64,000 bases of DNA from Phycisphaerales bacterium (GCA_965227775.1 OZ245777.1:1920001-1984000), one strand, 5' to 3'; numbered from the stretch's first letter, positions 9,566 through 19,044 are shown. Numbers and translations: made by a program. The notes: generated by a model not told the origin, from the letters alone.

Positions 9566-9747
9566 CCCTGTTATCGGCCAGATTCGTCGTTTGATCGTTG
9601 GTTCTTGTCGGTTTGATAGGGTAAACAAGCACAGACCATCGCGGTTGACCGCATAGCGTGCAGCACCGCGTTCCGATGCCCAGGATGGCGCTGAATCTGA
9701 GTTTTGCTGAGTCCATCAGGCTTTTTCGATAGGACATCCGTCGTCGG

Positions 9748-9782
9748 CAAAACAAAAGCAGGCCCCCCGATTGAGGGAGCCC
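9748..9782 (-). terminator. Probable terminator of the 9815-10819 gene
   Basis: GGCTCCCT-CAATC-GGGGGGCC hairpin followed by TGCTTTTGTTTT. Confidence 0.55.
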
Positions 9783-9814
9783 GACGTGCACGAAGCAGAA
9801 AAATTTTTCGGCTC

Positions 9815-10819
9815 TCAGCGCCGCTCTTGCTGCGCGCCACGCCGCGGAGATTGCGAGAGCCGCTCACGCAAGCGATCACGATCCTCGGGGCTCATCGCGT
9901 TGAGGCGCTCGACAAGCGCTTCCAATCGCTCCGGTGGCACCTGGGACAGCCTCGTGCGAACGCGCTGCTGCGCCTCTTCCGGCAGGCTGGAGATCCACGA
10001 TTCCAAAGGAGCGAGATCGGCCTGACCTGACCGGCGATCTTGTGCGGGGCGACGCTGGCCTTCCATCTCATCAAAGCGGGCGCCGATGTCCCTGCGGTAG
10101 CGTTCCCGCATGCGGTTGAGCTGCTCCTCGGACTGCGTTGCCTGCCACGACTCGATGGCGTTCTTCACGTGCTGCTGCTGGGACGCACTCAACTCCGCCC
10201 AGACCCGGTTCTGCAGCTGGGCCATGGCCCGCATGTTCTGACGCTGATCCCCGCGTGTCCCTTGACGATCTCGGCGCTGGCCCTGCGGTCGCTCGGGTGC
10301 CTCCCGGTCGGCCATCTGCTCGCGCTGGTCGCGGGCTCGTTGCTGCGGGCGCTCACGCTGCGTCTCCATGCCATCGGGACTGGGCCGACGCCCCCCTCGG
10401 CGATCGGCAGAGTCCTGCGCACCGCTGCGCTCGCCCGACCGGGCTCCGCGGCGCGTTGCTTGTTCAAAGGCGCGAACGTGGGCGGAGATACGCTCACGTT
10501 GCTCGGCCGAGAACCGGATCTCCAGGGGAGCATCTTCGGACATCAGCTCTCCCATGACCTTCCGGAAGACCTGGGGCGGCAGCATGGCGTTCATGCCCCG
10601 GCTGCCCTCCTGTGCGCCCTCAGAGAAGCCGGACTCGATCCCCGGCATCCGGCGTTCGCGGACCTGGGGCCCCTCCAGGATCGATCGGTCGGGGCGAGCC
10701 TCGCGTTGGCCCTGGGGCCGTTCACGTCCGGCGTCTTGCGCAAGGGCCTGGCTGGCGGCCATTGTGAGGCCGGCACAGGCAGCGAGCCCCAGCAGCGAGT
10801 TGCGAGCATGATCGAGCAT
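9815..10819 (-). CDS. Secreted helical Arg/Gln/Glu-rich hypothetical protein
   Basis: GGAGG RBS, signal peptide (...ASQALA|Q), low-complexity charged helical content. Confidence 0.7.
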   Translation of the reverse strand: MLDHARNSLLGLAACAGLTMAASQALAQDAGRERPQGQREARPDRSILEGPQVRERRMPGIESGFSEGAQEGSRGMNAMLPPQVFRKVMGELMSEDAPLEIRFSAEQRERISAHVRAFEQATRRGARSGERSGAQDSADRRGGRRPSPDGMETQRERPQQRARDQREQMADREAPERPQGQRRDRQGTRGDQRQNMRAMAQLQNRVWAELSASQQQHVKNAIESWQATQSEEQLNRMRERYRRDIGARFDEMEGQRRPAQDRRSGQADLAPLESWISSLPEEAQQRVRTRLSQVPPERLEALVERLNAMSPEDRDRLRERLSQSPRRGAQQERR

Positions 10820-10942
10820 TCTTGAACCTCCCTTGGCTTACGGGTCTCCAGCCGAACGCCGCATCCCAGCGATCCATTGCATCATTCGTCATACGATTCC
10901 GAGTCAAGATCCGAAGCGAGCAAGGTCCAGATACAACGGGGA

Positions 10943-12145
10943 ATGATGGCGATTTCCGAAGAACAGGTGCGGCGGTGGCTCGAGGCGGTCAAGGCGGCAA
11001 GTGATCAGCATGACCTGATCGAGGCCGGCCGCTTGGAGTGGATCTCGGTTCTCGATGGTGCGCTCTCCATCAAGCTGCACATGCCGGACATCGCCGAGGA
11101 CGCGCGCGCCATGGAGGCGATCGCCGGCGCGTGCCTCGAGGCCGTCCGCCAGGGTGCCGTCCGCGCGGGCGAACGCATCCAATCACTCCGTGTGCGGTTC
11201 GTCGATCGTGACGGCGATGTCGTTCGGGAGAGCGCGTTCGAGGCGTCGCCGAAGGGCGCGCTCCGTCCGGCGGGTGAAGCGCCCGCGGCCCCGAAGGCGT
11301 CGGCCGAACCCAAGCAGCAGGCCGGCCCGGCGATCCCCGGCGTCGCGCACACGATCGCGGTGGGCGCCGGAAAGGGCGGTGTTGGCAAGAGCACAATCGC
11401 GGCCAACCTCGCCGTCGGGCTGGCTCGCCGAGGGCATGCAACGGGTCTGCTCGACGGTGACATCTACGGCCCCAGTCTGCCCACGCTCATGGGCTTGGGC
11501 GCGATGGAACCCAACGTTCTGGACGGGCGATTCCAGCCGTTCCTGACGCACGGCGTGAAATCGATGACGGTGGGCAAGCTCGTCGAGCCCGACAAGCCGC
11601 TCATCTGGCGCGGCCCGATGGCGCACGGCGCGTTCAAGCAGCTGACCGAAAAGACGCAATGGGGCGAGCTCGATCACCTGATCATTGACCTGCCGCCCGG
11701 GACGGGCGACGTGCCGCTGACCATGGCGCAGAATCTCGACCTGACCGGCGCCGTTATCGTGTGTACACCCCAGCGCGTCGCACAGGACGACGCCGTACGC
11801 GCCGTCAAGATGTTCGAGCAGCTCGGTGTCGACATCCTGGGTGTTGTCGAGAACATGAGCGTGTTTGTGGCGCCAAGCGGCGAGGAGTTCGACATCTTCG
11901 GTCGGGGTGGGGCCCAGCAGATGGCGCAGCGGCTCGGCCTCCCGTTCCTCGGCGCCTTGCCCATCACCATGGACTTGCGCGCCAATAGCGACGCCGGCGA
12001 CCCCACTTCGAACTTTGAAGGCGATAGCCCAGCCCAGCAGCGCTGGCAGAAGCGGTTCAACGAGCTTCTGAACAATCTCGAGAGCCAGCTCGCGCTCGCG
12101 TCGGTTCGGCACGCGAAGGGCACGCCCTCGTTGACCATCCGCTAG
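10943..12145 (+). CDS. mrp: Mrp/ApbC/NBP35 P-loop ATPase
   Basis: GKGGVGKST, DGDIYGPS, WRGPM, DLPPGTGD, ENMS. Confidence 0.92.
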   Translation: MMAISEEQVRRWLEAVKAASDQHDLIEAGRLEWISVLDGALSIKLHMPDIAEDARAMEAIAGACLEAVRQGAVRAGERIQSLRVRFVDRDGDVVRESAFEASPKGALRPAGEAPAAPKASAEPKQQAGPAIPGVAHTIAVGAGKGGVGKSTIAANLAVGLARRGHATGLLDGDIYGPSLPTLMGLGAMEPNVLDGRFQPFLTHGVKSMTVGKLVEPDKPLIWRGPMAHGAFKQLTEKTQWGELDHLIIDLPPGTGDVPLTMAQNLDLTGAVIVCTPQRVAQDDAVRAVKMFEQLGVDILGVVENMSVFVAPSGEEFDIFGRGGAQQMAQRLGLPFLGALPITMDLRANSDAGDPTSNFEGDSPAQQRWQKRFNELLNNLESQLALASVRHAKGTPSLTIR

Positions 12146-12198
12146 TTTGCCGGTCTTTCCGCGCCGCTGAGGTTGCAAACTGAACGTACAAAAGACAA

Positions 12199-12224
12199 GC
12201 CCCCGCGACGCAAGTCGCGGGGGC
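12199..12224. terminator. Hairpin terminator between convergent genes
   Basis: GCCCCCGCGAC-GCAA-GTCGCGGGGGC perfect 11-bp stem. Confidence 0.8.
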
Positions 12225-12257
12225 CTGAGGGACTTTCAACCGATTCTCAGCAGGCTA

Positions 12258-13073
12258 TTAGCAGCCGGCGTCGAACTCGTTCGAGAAGGTGAGGAAGTCG
12301 AACAGCGTCAGGCTGCCGTCACCGTCGAAGTCGGCGGCGGGGTCGCCGCTGTCGAACAGGTTGCTGAAGGTGAGGAAGTCGAACAGGGTCAGCTCGCCGT
12401 CGCCATCAAGGTCGACGCGGCAGCCGGTGCCGCCACCATTCTGGCCCTCAGCGATGATGATGAAGTGGGCGTCCGGGAAGCCGAAGCCGGCGACGTCGGC
12501 CGGGTCGGGCAGGCCGCAGCCGACGGGCGACGCCACGTAGCTCGGAGCGGTCTGGCCGAAGCTGTTGCCGCCGATGAAGAAGACGTCACCAAACTCGCCA
12601 CCCGCGAGGGTCAGCAGGTCCTCGGAGACGACCTCGACCATGACGGCCGAGCCGGCGTCGGCGCTGCCGGCGACATCCATGATGACGACCTCGAGCGAGC
12701 GGTCGCCGCTGGTCATGCTGGCGCTACCAATGAGGGTGCCACCGGCGATGGGCGGGCTGCCGGCCGGGATCTGGTACAGGTTGACCGTGATCTCGGTCTC
12801 GATCAGCGTCGGAAGGCTCAGGTTCTCAACACCGAACTCGACGGTCTCGGCGGTGAAGCCATCCGTGCCGCCGAAGTCGGCCAGATCGAAGCTACGCGAC
12901 CACAGGTTGTCGGTGGTGGTCTGCGGACCGGCGGTGCCGGGCGTGGCGCAGGCGATGCCGGCACCAGCCGTCACGAGGAACTCCTCGGTGTTGTGCGACA
13001 GACGAACTTGGGCGTTGGCCGCGGTGGCCAGACCAGCAACGGCGATCGAAGCGAAAGCAAACTTCTTCTGCAT
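12258..13073 (-). CDS. Secreted GC-type dockerin domain-anchored protein
   Basis: Signal peptide; C-terminal CRVDLDGDGELTLFDFL...DFDGDGSLTLFDFLTFSNEFDAGC. Confidence 0.88.
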   Translation of the reverse strand: MQKKFAFASIAVAGLATAANAQVRLSHNTEEFLVTAGAGIACATPGTAGPQTTTDNLWSRSFDLADFGGTDGFTAETVEFGVENLSLPTLIETEITVNLYQIPAGSPPIAGGTLIGSASMTSGDRSLEVVIMDVAGSADAGSAVMVEVVSEDLLTLAGGEFGDVFFIGGNSFGQTAPSYVASPVGCGLPDPADVAGFGFPDAHFIIIAEGQNGGGTGCRVDLDGDGELTLFDFLTFSNLFDSGDPAADFDGDGSLTLFDFLTFSNEFDAGC

Positions 13074-13297
13074 GGTATTCCTCCCCAGGGATAACACTAG
13101 CAAAGTCCTGACAGAACTGAGGCGCGATGCCTCTGCAATATGGCCCGCGAAATGCGAGCGCTCCCGTTAATGTACCCCAAAACCCGGCAGAATGAAAGCG
13201 AATATGGAGAGTTTCCTGAGAAAACGACGTCTGATAATGCGCAATCGTCGCGATCCGCGCGAGTTTGGGTGTTATTGCTCGCGGGATTCTGACAGCA

Positions 13298-13331
13298 AGA
13301 CGCTCGCTCCCCCGAACGGGAACGAGCGTCT
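13298..13331 (-). terminator. Hairpin terminator downstream of 13359-14219 gene
   Basis: AGACGCTCG...CGAGCGTCT inverted repeat. Confidence 0.6.
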
Positions 13332-13358
13332 CACAAACTGTCGCGTTTCTACGTGCGT

Positions 13359-14219
13359 TCAGCAGCCGAGGTCGAACTCGTTCTGGAACGCCAGGAAGTC
13401 GAAGATCGTGAGGCTTCCGTCACCGTCGAAGTCGGCCGTCAGGTCGCCGGCGTCGAACAGGTTCTGGAACTGCAGGAAGTCGAAGATGGTCAGCTCGCCG
13501 TCACCGTCCAGGTCGGCCCGGCAGCCGGTGCCACCGTCGCCCTCGGCGGTGATAAAGAGCTTCGGACCCTCGCGGCCCTCAAAGGGCTCCTGGCCGCGGT
13601 AGGTCGCCGACACGTTCGGGTCGGTGTCATCGACGAAAACGAGGGTCAGGGTGTCTTCGGACTCGATGTCGGCCTTGACCGCGTCGATGAGTTCGAGGGC
13701 CTCGCTGCGGCCGCCGGGGCCGCCATCCTGGTCGAACCGGTCGATGTCGCCCGAAGCAGTCTCGAAGTACAAGAAGCTCAGGATCGGGTCGGGATCGCCA
13801 AGCTCGAGCTGGGGCGCGCCCATGTCGAAGAACGGGAAGAAGAGGTCGCTGAGGGCCGTCTTGATGTCGGCGGTGTCGTCGATCGAGTAGTAGACCGCAA
13901 CGAACCCGTCGTTCGAGAACGCGGCGTTGTCCTGCGTCAGCTCGAGCGCCAGACCAGTGACCTCCCAACCGCCGGGGAAGAGCGTGTCGAACTCCGCGCG
14001 GACGCTAGAGAGGTCCCAGCGGGCCACGCCGTATGAATCGAACGTGCCACCGCCGCTGACGGTGCCCTGGATGTTAAAGAAGCGGTCTCCGCCGCTCGGG
14101 CCGCGGGGGCCATCCGGGCGGATCGTGCCGGTCTCGGCGGCCACCGAGGAGAGGGTCTCCTGCGCGACGGCGGTCGAGGCAACGGCGATGCCGCAGAGTG
14201 CGATGATCGTCTTGGTCAT
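13359..14219 (-). CDS. Secreted GC-type dockerin domain-anchored protein
   Basis: MTKTIIALCGIAVASTAVA signal; duplicated DxDGDGxLTIFDFL repeat ending LGC. Confidence 0.88.
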   Translation of the reverse strand: MTKTIIALCGIAVASTAVAQETLSSVAAETGTIRPDGPRGPSGGDRFFNIQGTVSGGGTFDSYGVARWDLSSVRAEFDTLFPGGWEVTGLALELTQDNAAFSNDGFVAVYYSIDDTADIKTALSDLFFPFFDMGAPQLELGDPDPILSFLYFETASGDIDRFDQDGGPGGRSEALELIDAVKADIESEDTLTLVFVDDTDPNVSATYRGQEPFEGREGPKLFITAEGDGGTGCRADLDGDGELTIFDFLQFQNLFDAGDLTADFDGDGSLTIFDFLAFQNEFDLGC

Positions 14220-14444
14220 GGTGGGATCTCCCTTGATCGTCCTGCCTGTTGTGGCCGAGCGTGGGCCTTCGGGCCCGCACGCGATAGCGACATCGCTCGG
14301 CACCAGAAACCTGGCATCGATGCTAGAACGAACTGGCGAGCGGCTGGCTGTCGCTTCGTTAGAAGTTCATAAAATCGCCCGAGAATTCGTGGAATTCTCG
14401 GGCGTCAAGATGGGCGATCTTGCGGAGACGATACCGGGTTTGGC

Positions 14445-15176
14445 TCAGGCGCAGCCGGCGTCGAACTCGTTCTGGAAGGCAAGGAAGTCGAAGATCGTGA
14501 GATCGCCATCTCCATCGAAGTCGGCGACAGGATCGCCGGCATCGAAGAGGTTCTGGAATGCCAGGAAGTCGAAGATGGTCAGCTCGCCATCTCCGTCGAG
14601 GTCGGCCCGGCAACCGGAATCTGGATCGCCCTCGATGAATACGCTCACGGTGGCTCCGGTGCCGCCCGGTTGCCACTCGCCGGTATCGAAGCGCGTCGTC
14701 GATGTATAGCCCGAGACGCCCGTTGCCCAATTCCACACGGGATTCTCGGCGCCCGGGTAATCGCTCTCGGCCACGATCCAGTAGGGTTGTCCGGCTTCGA
14801 GCAGCGTGTCGCCGCTCGCGATCGCGGTATCCCGCTGCGGATCCCAGCCGATTGCGGTGATGAACAGGTCCATCACTTCGAGTTCCTCGCCCGAGGGAAC
14901 GAACGCGTCGCCGACGGCAAGGTCGGTCTGGACGCTCAGTCGCACGGGGCGGTCGAGCGGCACGCTCGCGTTGCTCATGAAGTAGGCCGAAACGCTGGTG
15001 AGGCGGTAGTCCTGGTCGGGCACGAACCGGACCGCCACCGATTGGTTGGTGAACACGTCGAAGCCGATCAGGCCGAAGGGGCTGCCAAAGGGATCGGCTG
15101 TCTCGAAGATGGTGTCGGCCAGGCTGGCGGGTGCGATAGCGGCGACGACGAGAGCGGCGGTCACGGTGCGAATCAT
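14445..15176 (-). CDS. Secreted GC-type dockerin domain-anchored protein (choice-of-anchor-like beta-sandwich passenger)
   Basis: Signal peptide; C-terminal dockerin ending AGCA. Confidence 0.88.
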   Translation of the reverse strand: MIRTVTAALVVAAIAPASLADTIFETADPFGSPFGLIGFDVFTNQSVAVRFVPDQDYRLTSVSAYFMSNASVPLDRPVRLSVQTDLAVGDAFVPSGEELEVMDLFITAIGWDPQRDTAIASGDTLLEAGQPYWIVAESDYPGAENPVWNWATGVSGYTSTTRFDTGEWQPGGTGATVSVFIEGDPDSGCRADLDGDGELTIFDFLAFQNLFDAGDPVADFDGDGDLTIFDFLAFQNEFDAGCA

Positions 15177-15355
15177 CAAGATCTCCTCTGTGAGCGGGAG
15201 CGGGTGGGGAGGTTGCTCCGCGCTAGGGATTGTAGTGTTCGTACTCGGGCTTGCCCGGTTTCATGCACAAAGACACGCCCGGGACGATCTTCGGAGCGAT
15301 CGACCCGGGCATGGGTATGGGTTTGGATGTCGGTCGGGGCTCGGGCAGAGAAGGC

Positions 15356-16954
15356 TTACGGGCAGCCGGCCGCGAAGAGGTTGGAGAACATCAGGAAGTC
15401 GAAGATATCGAGCACGCCGTTGCCGTCGAGGTCCGCCTCGCAGCCGACGTTGATCGAGACCTGATCTCCGCCGCTGTTGCCGCTCGGAGCGAAGCAGCCG
15501 ACGCGGGCCTTGTCGGAGACGCGGAGGCGGACGGTGTAGGCACACCGGTCGAGGCCTTCGGTATCCCACACGGCGATGACGCCACCCGCGGGGATGTTGT
15601 CGTTGCCGCTCTCAATGCGGGTCCAGCCGCGGCTGCTGCCACCGGTGTACTCGAGAACCCAAGAGGAGATGTTCTTGTCGAAGATCTCGCCCTTGATCTC
15701 GACCTTGCCGTTCACCCACTCGCAGGGCACGAGCGAGGTGATGCGGCCGACGGGCGCGGTATTGTCGACCTCATACGTGCGAACGATGTCGGCGGTGTTG
15801 TCGCAGATGTCGCTGACGCGAACGCGGACCTGGTAGTTGCCGTCCAGCACGGTGCGCGTGTTCCAAAATGCGATCGGGTCGTTGATGACGCGGCCGGTGT
15901 AGATGGGCGTGCCGCCGTCGACCGGCAGGTACGAGCCGCCGCTGGTGGGGCGATAGTCGACGCGGTAGTTGGCGAAGCAGTCTTCACCCACGGTTCCGTC
16001 CAGGCACGCGTTGCCGCCGATGATCTCGCCGTCGACGGGCGTGCGGATGCTGGCGGGGCTTGCGGTCGTGTTGAGGCGGAACTCGAGCGCAGCGGTTGAG
16101 ACCAGGCCGACCTGGTTGATTGCCTCGACCTCGACGATGTACTCGCCGTCGGGCTGGCCGGACGCGTTCCAGAGCGCGAGGCGGCCGGTGGAACAGACTT
16201 CGTCGGTGGTCGGGGTCAGCTCGGTCCACCCGGTGCCGTCCGCGCCGCTCGAGCGCCGGATGCGGACGCTGAAGGTCATGTCGCTCTCGGCATCGCAGGC
16301 AACGCCGTCGATGCTCACCAGGCCGATGGTCGAGGGGCACACGCAGGATTCCGGGCTCGGGCTGGTGATGCGTACGACGGGCGGCGTTGTATCGATGACG
16401 GGCGCCGCAACGGTGATGGTGGTGCTGGTGCCGTCTTCCAGTTGCAGGGTCATCCTGCCATTGACCGCGAACTGGTCCGCATCGGTGCTGGCCTTGAACG
16501 GTCGGGACTCGACGCCGCGGAAGACCGGAGCAAAGCTGAAGCTGTAATCGATGTCGTCGCCGTCGCCGCTTCGTGACGCGAAGGTGGGCGCGGCCGTGCC
16601 AAGGCTGCACGTGCTCCAGTCGACATCGGTGGCGAAGCCCTCGAAGCCCTCTCTGATGACCCGACTGATACCAAGGGCGCTCGAGCCGGTGACATCTCGG
16701 ATGCGAGGCTCGAAGCTGAGCGTGCCGTCAGTTCGGCGCACAACGCGGTCTTGGATCCGGCCACTGATCACCCTGCCGCTGCCGTCGATGATCGTGAAGG
16801 GCACCGATGTTTCACGAACGACGGTTCCGCCGGGCCCGCAACGACCCGGCAGGCTTGCCGAACCACCCGGTGCCAGCGGCACGGCAAGAGCGTGGCCTGC
16901 GGCGAGCGTGACGGTGGCGGCGGTGACGAACGACTTGGGCGATCCGAGGGGCAT
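15356..16954 (-). CDS. Secreted protein with three Ig-like repeats and a single-repeat GC-type dockerin
   Basis: Repeats DTTPP/NTTASP/DNTAP...W(N/D)...Y.V; ends CEADLDGNGVLDIFDFLMFSNLFAAGCP. Confidence 0.85.
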   Translation of the reverse strand: MPLGSPKSFVTAATVTLAAGHALAVPLAPGGSASLPGRCGPGGTVVRETSVPFTIIDGSGRVISGRIQDRVVRRTDGTLSFEPRIRDVTGSSALGISRVIREGFEGFATDVDWSTCSLGTAAPTFASRSGDGDDIDYSFSFAPVFRGVESRPFKASTDADQFAVNGRMTLQLEDGTSTTITVAAPVIDTTPPVVRITSPSPESCVCPSTIGLVSIDGVACDAESDMTFSVRIRRSSGADGTGWTELTPTTDEVCSTGRLALWNASGQPDGEYIVEVEAINQVGLVSTAALEFRLNTTASPASIRTPVDGEIIGGNACLDGTVGEDCFANYRVDYRPTSGGSYLPVDGGTPIYTGRVINDPIAFWNTRTVLDGNYQVRVRVSDICDNTADIVRTYEVDNTAPVGRITSLVPCEWVNGKVEIKGEIFDKNISSWVLEYTGGSSRGWTRIESGNDNIPAGGVIAVWDTEGLDRCAYTVRLRVSDKARVGCFAPSGNSGGDQVSINVGCEADLDGNGVLDIFDFLMFSNLFAAGCP

Positions 16955-17050
16955 GGCTGTTCTCCTTTTTGTAGCTCCACCCTGGGGAAGGGCTGCCACC
17001 GGAGTCAGCGCAAAGACGGCCCAAGACTCACGCGATACTCGTAGTTTTTC

Positions 17051-18265
17051 TCAGCACCCCGCGGCAAAGGCTGCCTGGAACGCGATGAAATCTGTGATTG
17101 TCAGCTCGCCGTCGCCGTCGAGGTCGGCTCGTAAGTCGCCGGCGTTGAAGCGGTTAACGAATGCAAGGAAGTCGAAGGTGTCGAGCGTCTCGTTGAGGTC
17201 GATATCCGGTGGGCAGTCGGTGGGGAGGGTGAAGCCGGTGATGATCGCCACTCGGTAATCGCGTTCGGGGCCCACGACGTAGGCGATGGCGAGGGATGAG
17301 CCATCTGGCGAAAGTGCGGTTGGACTGAATCGGTCCGGCAACTCCCAGCTCAGCCTGCGCGCCTCCAGATAGCGTCGTACTTCGATGAGGCCCAACTCGT
17401 TGTCATAGACCCGAGTCCCGCCCGGCCAACTCCATGCGACGATGCGACCGTCTCGGCTCATCGAACCCGCGCCCGAGGTGTCTCCGTGTAGGCCGAGGTC
17501 GAGGAGGCCTTCGTCCCGGTCCCACACATACGCGAAGTAGGTGGCGACGGGATCCGTGTAGCTCCCGGTAACGCGCGAGCCATCGCCGGAGATGTCGACG
17601 AGGTAGCCACCCTCGGCATCCGCCGGCAGCGGGAGCACACGCACGGGTTGGCCGTCCTCCCAGATGCAGGGCACCAGAGCCCGACCGGGACTACTGGCAA
17701 AGCCTGCGACGACCCGGCCGTCGGAGTTCACCGCTTGCGCGACGGCTTTCGAAAACCCATCGGGCGGCGGAAGCAGCCGAACGCCCGAAGTCGAGTCCCA
17801 CACAAACGCGGGCTCGAGGCCATCGTCCGAATCCAGCAGCCCGACGATGGCTTGGCCATCATCACTCATGCCGAGCGGGAACAGCCTGCTGAATCCCGGC
17901 GGGGGCGCAATGGTCTCAACTCCGCCCTCCAGGTCCCATCGGACTCCAACGCCGAGGCCTGTGCTCGGATCGACCGTTGCTCCTGCGACAAACCTTCCAT
18001 CGGCCGAGATGCCACTCACACGCTGCGCCAAAGTGCCAAACACAAGCGGGAGGGCTTGAGTGCCGAGGCCATGTCGCCAAACGACTGGCGTGAACCGGTC
18101 CAGCGGGAAGCCGCTCCAAGACTCGCCGACCACGACTTCGCCTCCATCGGCCATGTCGCCAATGGACATGGAATCATCGCCGGCGAGTGGCGGCACCTCG
18201 ATGATCTGTTGGGCGTGAACGCAAGAGGCGATCACGAGGGCGATCGTCGCGCATGTCGTTCGCAT
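17051..18265 (-). CDS. Secreted HAF-repeat (beta-propeller) protein with GC-type dockerin
   Basis: Repeated (I/M/V)S.DG..V.G and W..G..L units; C-terminal dockerin ending AAGC. Confidence 0.85.
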   Translation of the reverse strand: MRTTCATIALVIASCVHAQQIIEVPPLAGDDSMSIGDMADGGEVVVGESWSGFPLDRFTPVVWRHGLGTQALPLVFGTLAQRVSGISADGRFVAGATVDPSTGLGVGVRWDLEGGVETIAPPPGFSRLFPLGMSDDGQAIVGLLDSDDGLEPAFVWDSTSGVRLLPPPDGFSKAVAQAVNSDGRVVAGFASSPGRALVPCIWEDGQPVRVLPLPADAEGGYLVDISGDGSRVTGSYTDPVATYFAYVWDRDEGLLDLGLHGDTSGAGSMSRDGRIVAWSWPGGTRVYDNELGLIEVRRYLEARRLSWELPDRFSPTALSPDGSSLAIAYVVGPERDYRVAIITGFTLPTDCPPDIDLNETLDTFDFLAFVNRFNAGDLRADLDGDGELTITDFIAFQAAFAAGC

Positions 18266-18389
18266 TTGATGTGCTCCATGTCGTTGCGTTAAGGGTGCCC
18301 CCCATGCATCGGCGTTCACCGCTCGATCGCTGGAGACCTCGGGGCTAGCGTGGATCCGCCCGAACCTCACGCACTCCGACAAGGAATTC

Positions 18390-18983
18390 ATGACCATGAC
18401 CCAACCCAAGATCCTCGCTTTCGCCGGCAGCTTGCGCGCCGATTCCTTCAACCACAAACTCGCCGTTGCCGCGTCGAAGGGCGCCGAGGCGGCCGGCGCG
18501 CACGTGACGGTGATTCGCCTGAAGGACTTTGCATTGCCGGTCTTCGACGAGGATGAGGAAGCCGCCAACGGCCTGCCTGAGAACTGCCTGAAGCTCAAGG
18601 CCTTGTTCAAGGCCCACCACGGATTCATCATCGGCTGCCCGGAGTACAACAGCAGCATCACCGCCGTGCTCAAGAACGCCGTTGACTGGGTCAGCCGCCC
18701 GGCCGAGGGCGAAGCACCGCTTGAGTGCTTCGACCGCAAGGTCATCGGCCTGACCGCGGCCTCGCCCGGCGGGCTTGGCGGCATCCGTGGCCTACCGATC
18801 GAGCGCATGCTCTTCGGCCACATCAAGGCGATCGTGCTGCCCGACCAATTCGCGCTGTCCCAGGCCCACGAGGCATTCGATGATCAGGGCAACCTGAAGA
18901 ACGACAAGCAGCGTGAGATGGCCGAGGGTGTTGGCAAGGCGGTGGCCGAGGTCGCGGCGCAGGCCGGCAAGGTTACGGCTTAG
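18390..18983 (+). CDS. NAD(P)H-dependent FMN reductase (ChrR/SsuE family)
   Basis: AGSLRADSFN, PEYNSSI.AVLKNAVDW, ASPGGLGG. Confidence 0.92.
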   Translation: MTMTQPKILAFAGSLRADSFNHKLAVAASKGAEAAGAHVTVIRLKDFALPVFDEDEEAANGLPENCLKLKALFKAHHGFIIGCPEYNSSITAVLKNAVDWVSRPAEGEAPLECFDRKVIGLTAASPGGLGGIRGLPIERMLFGHIKAIVLPDQFALSQAHEAFDDQGNLKNDKQREMAEGVGKAVAEVAAQAGKVTA

Positions 18984-19044
18984 GGAAAGCCGGAGATTTA
19001 CTCCGGGTGATGCCTGACAGCCGGGGGAGCTTCGCGCATCCTTC

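Noticed and set aside
18266..18826. N-terminal extension of the HAF-repeat protein ORF
   Set aside because: Antisense to the FMN reductase; the signal peptide begins at 18265
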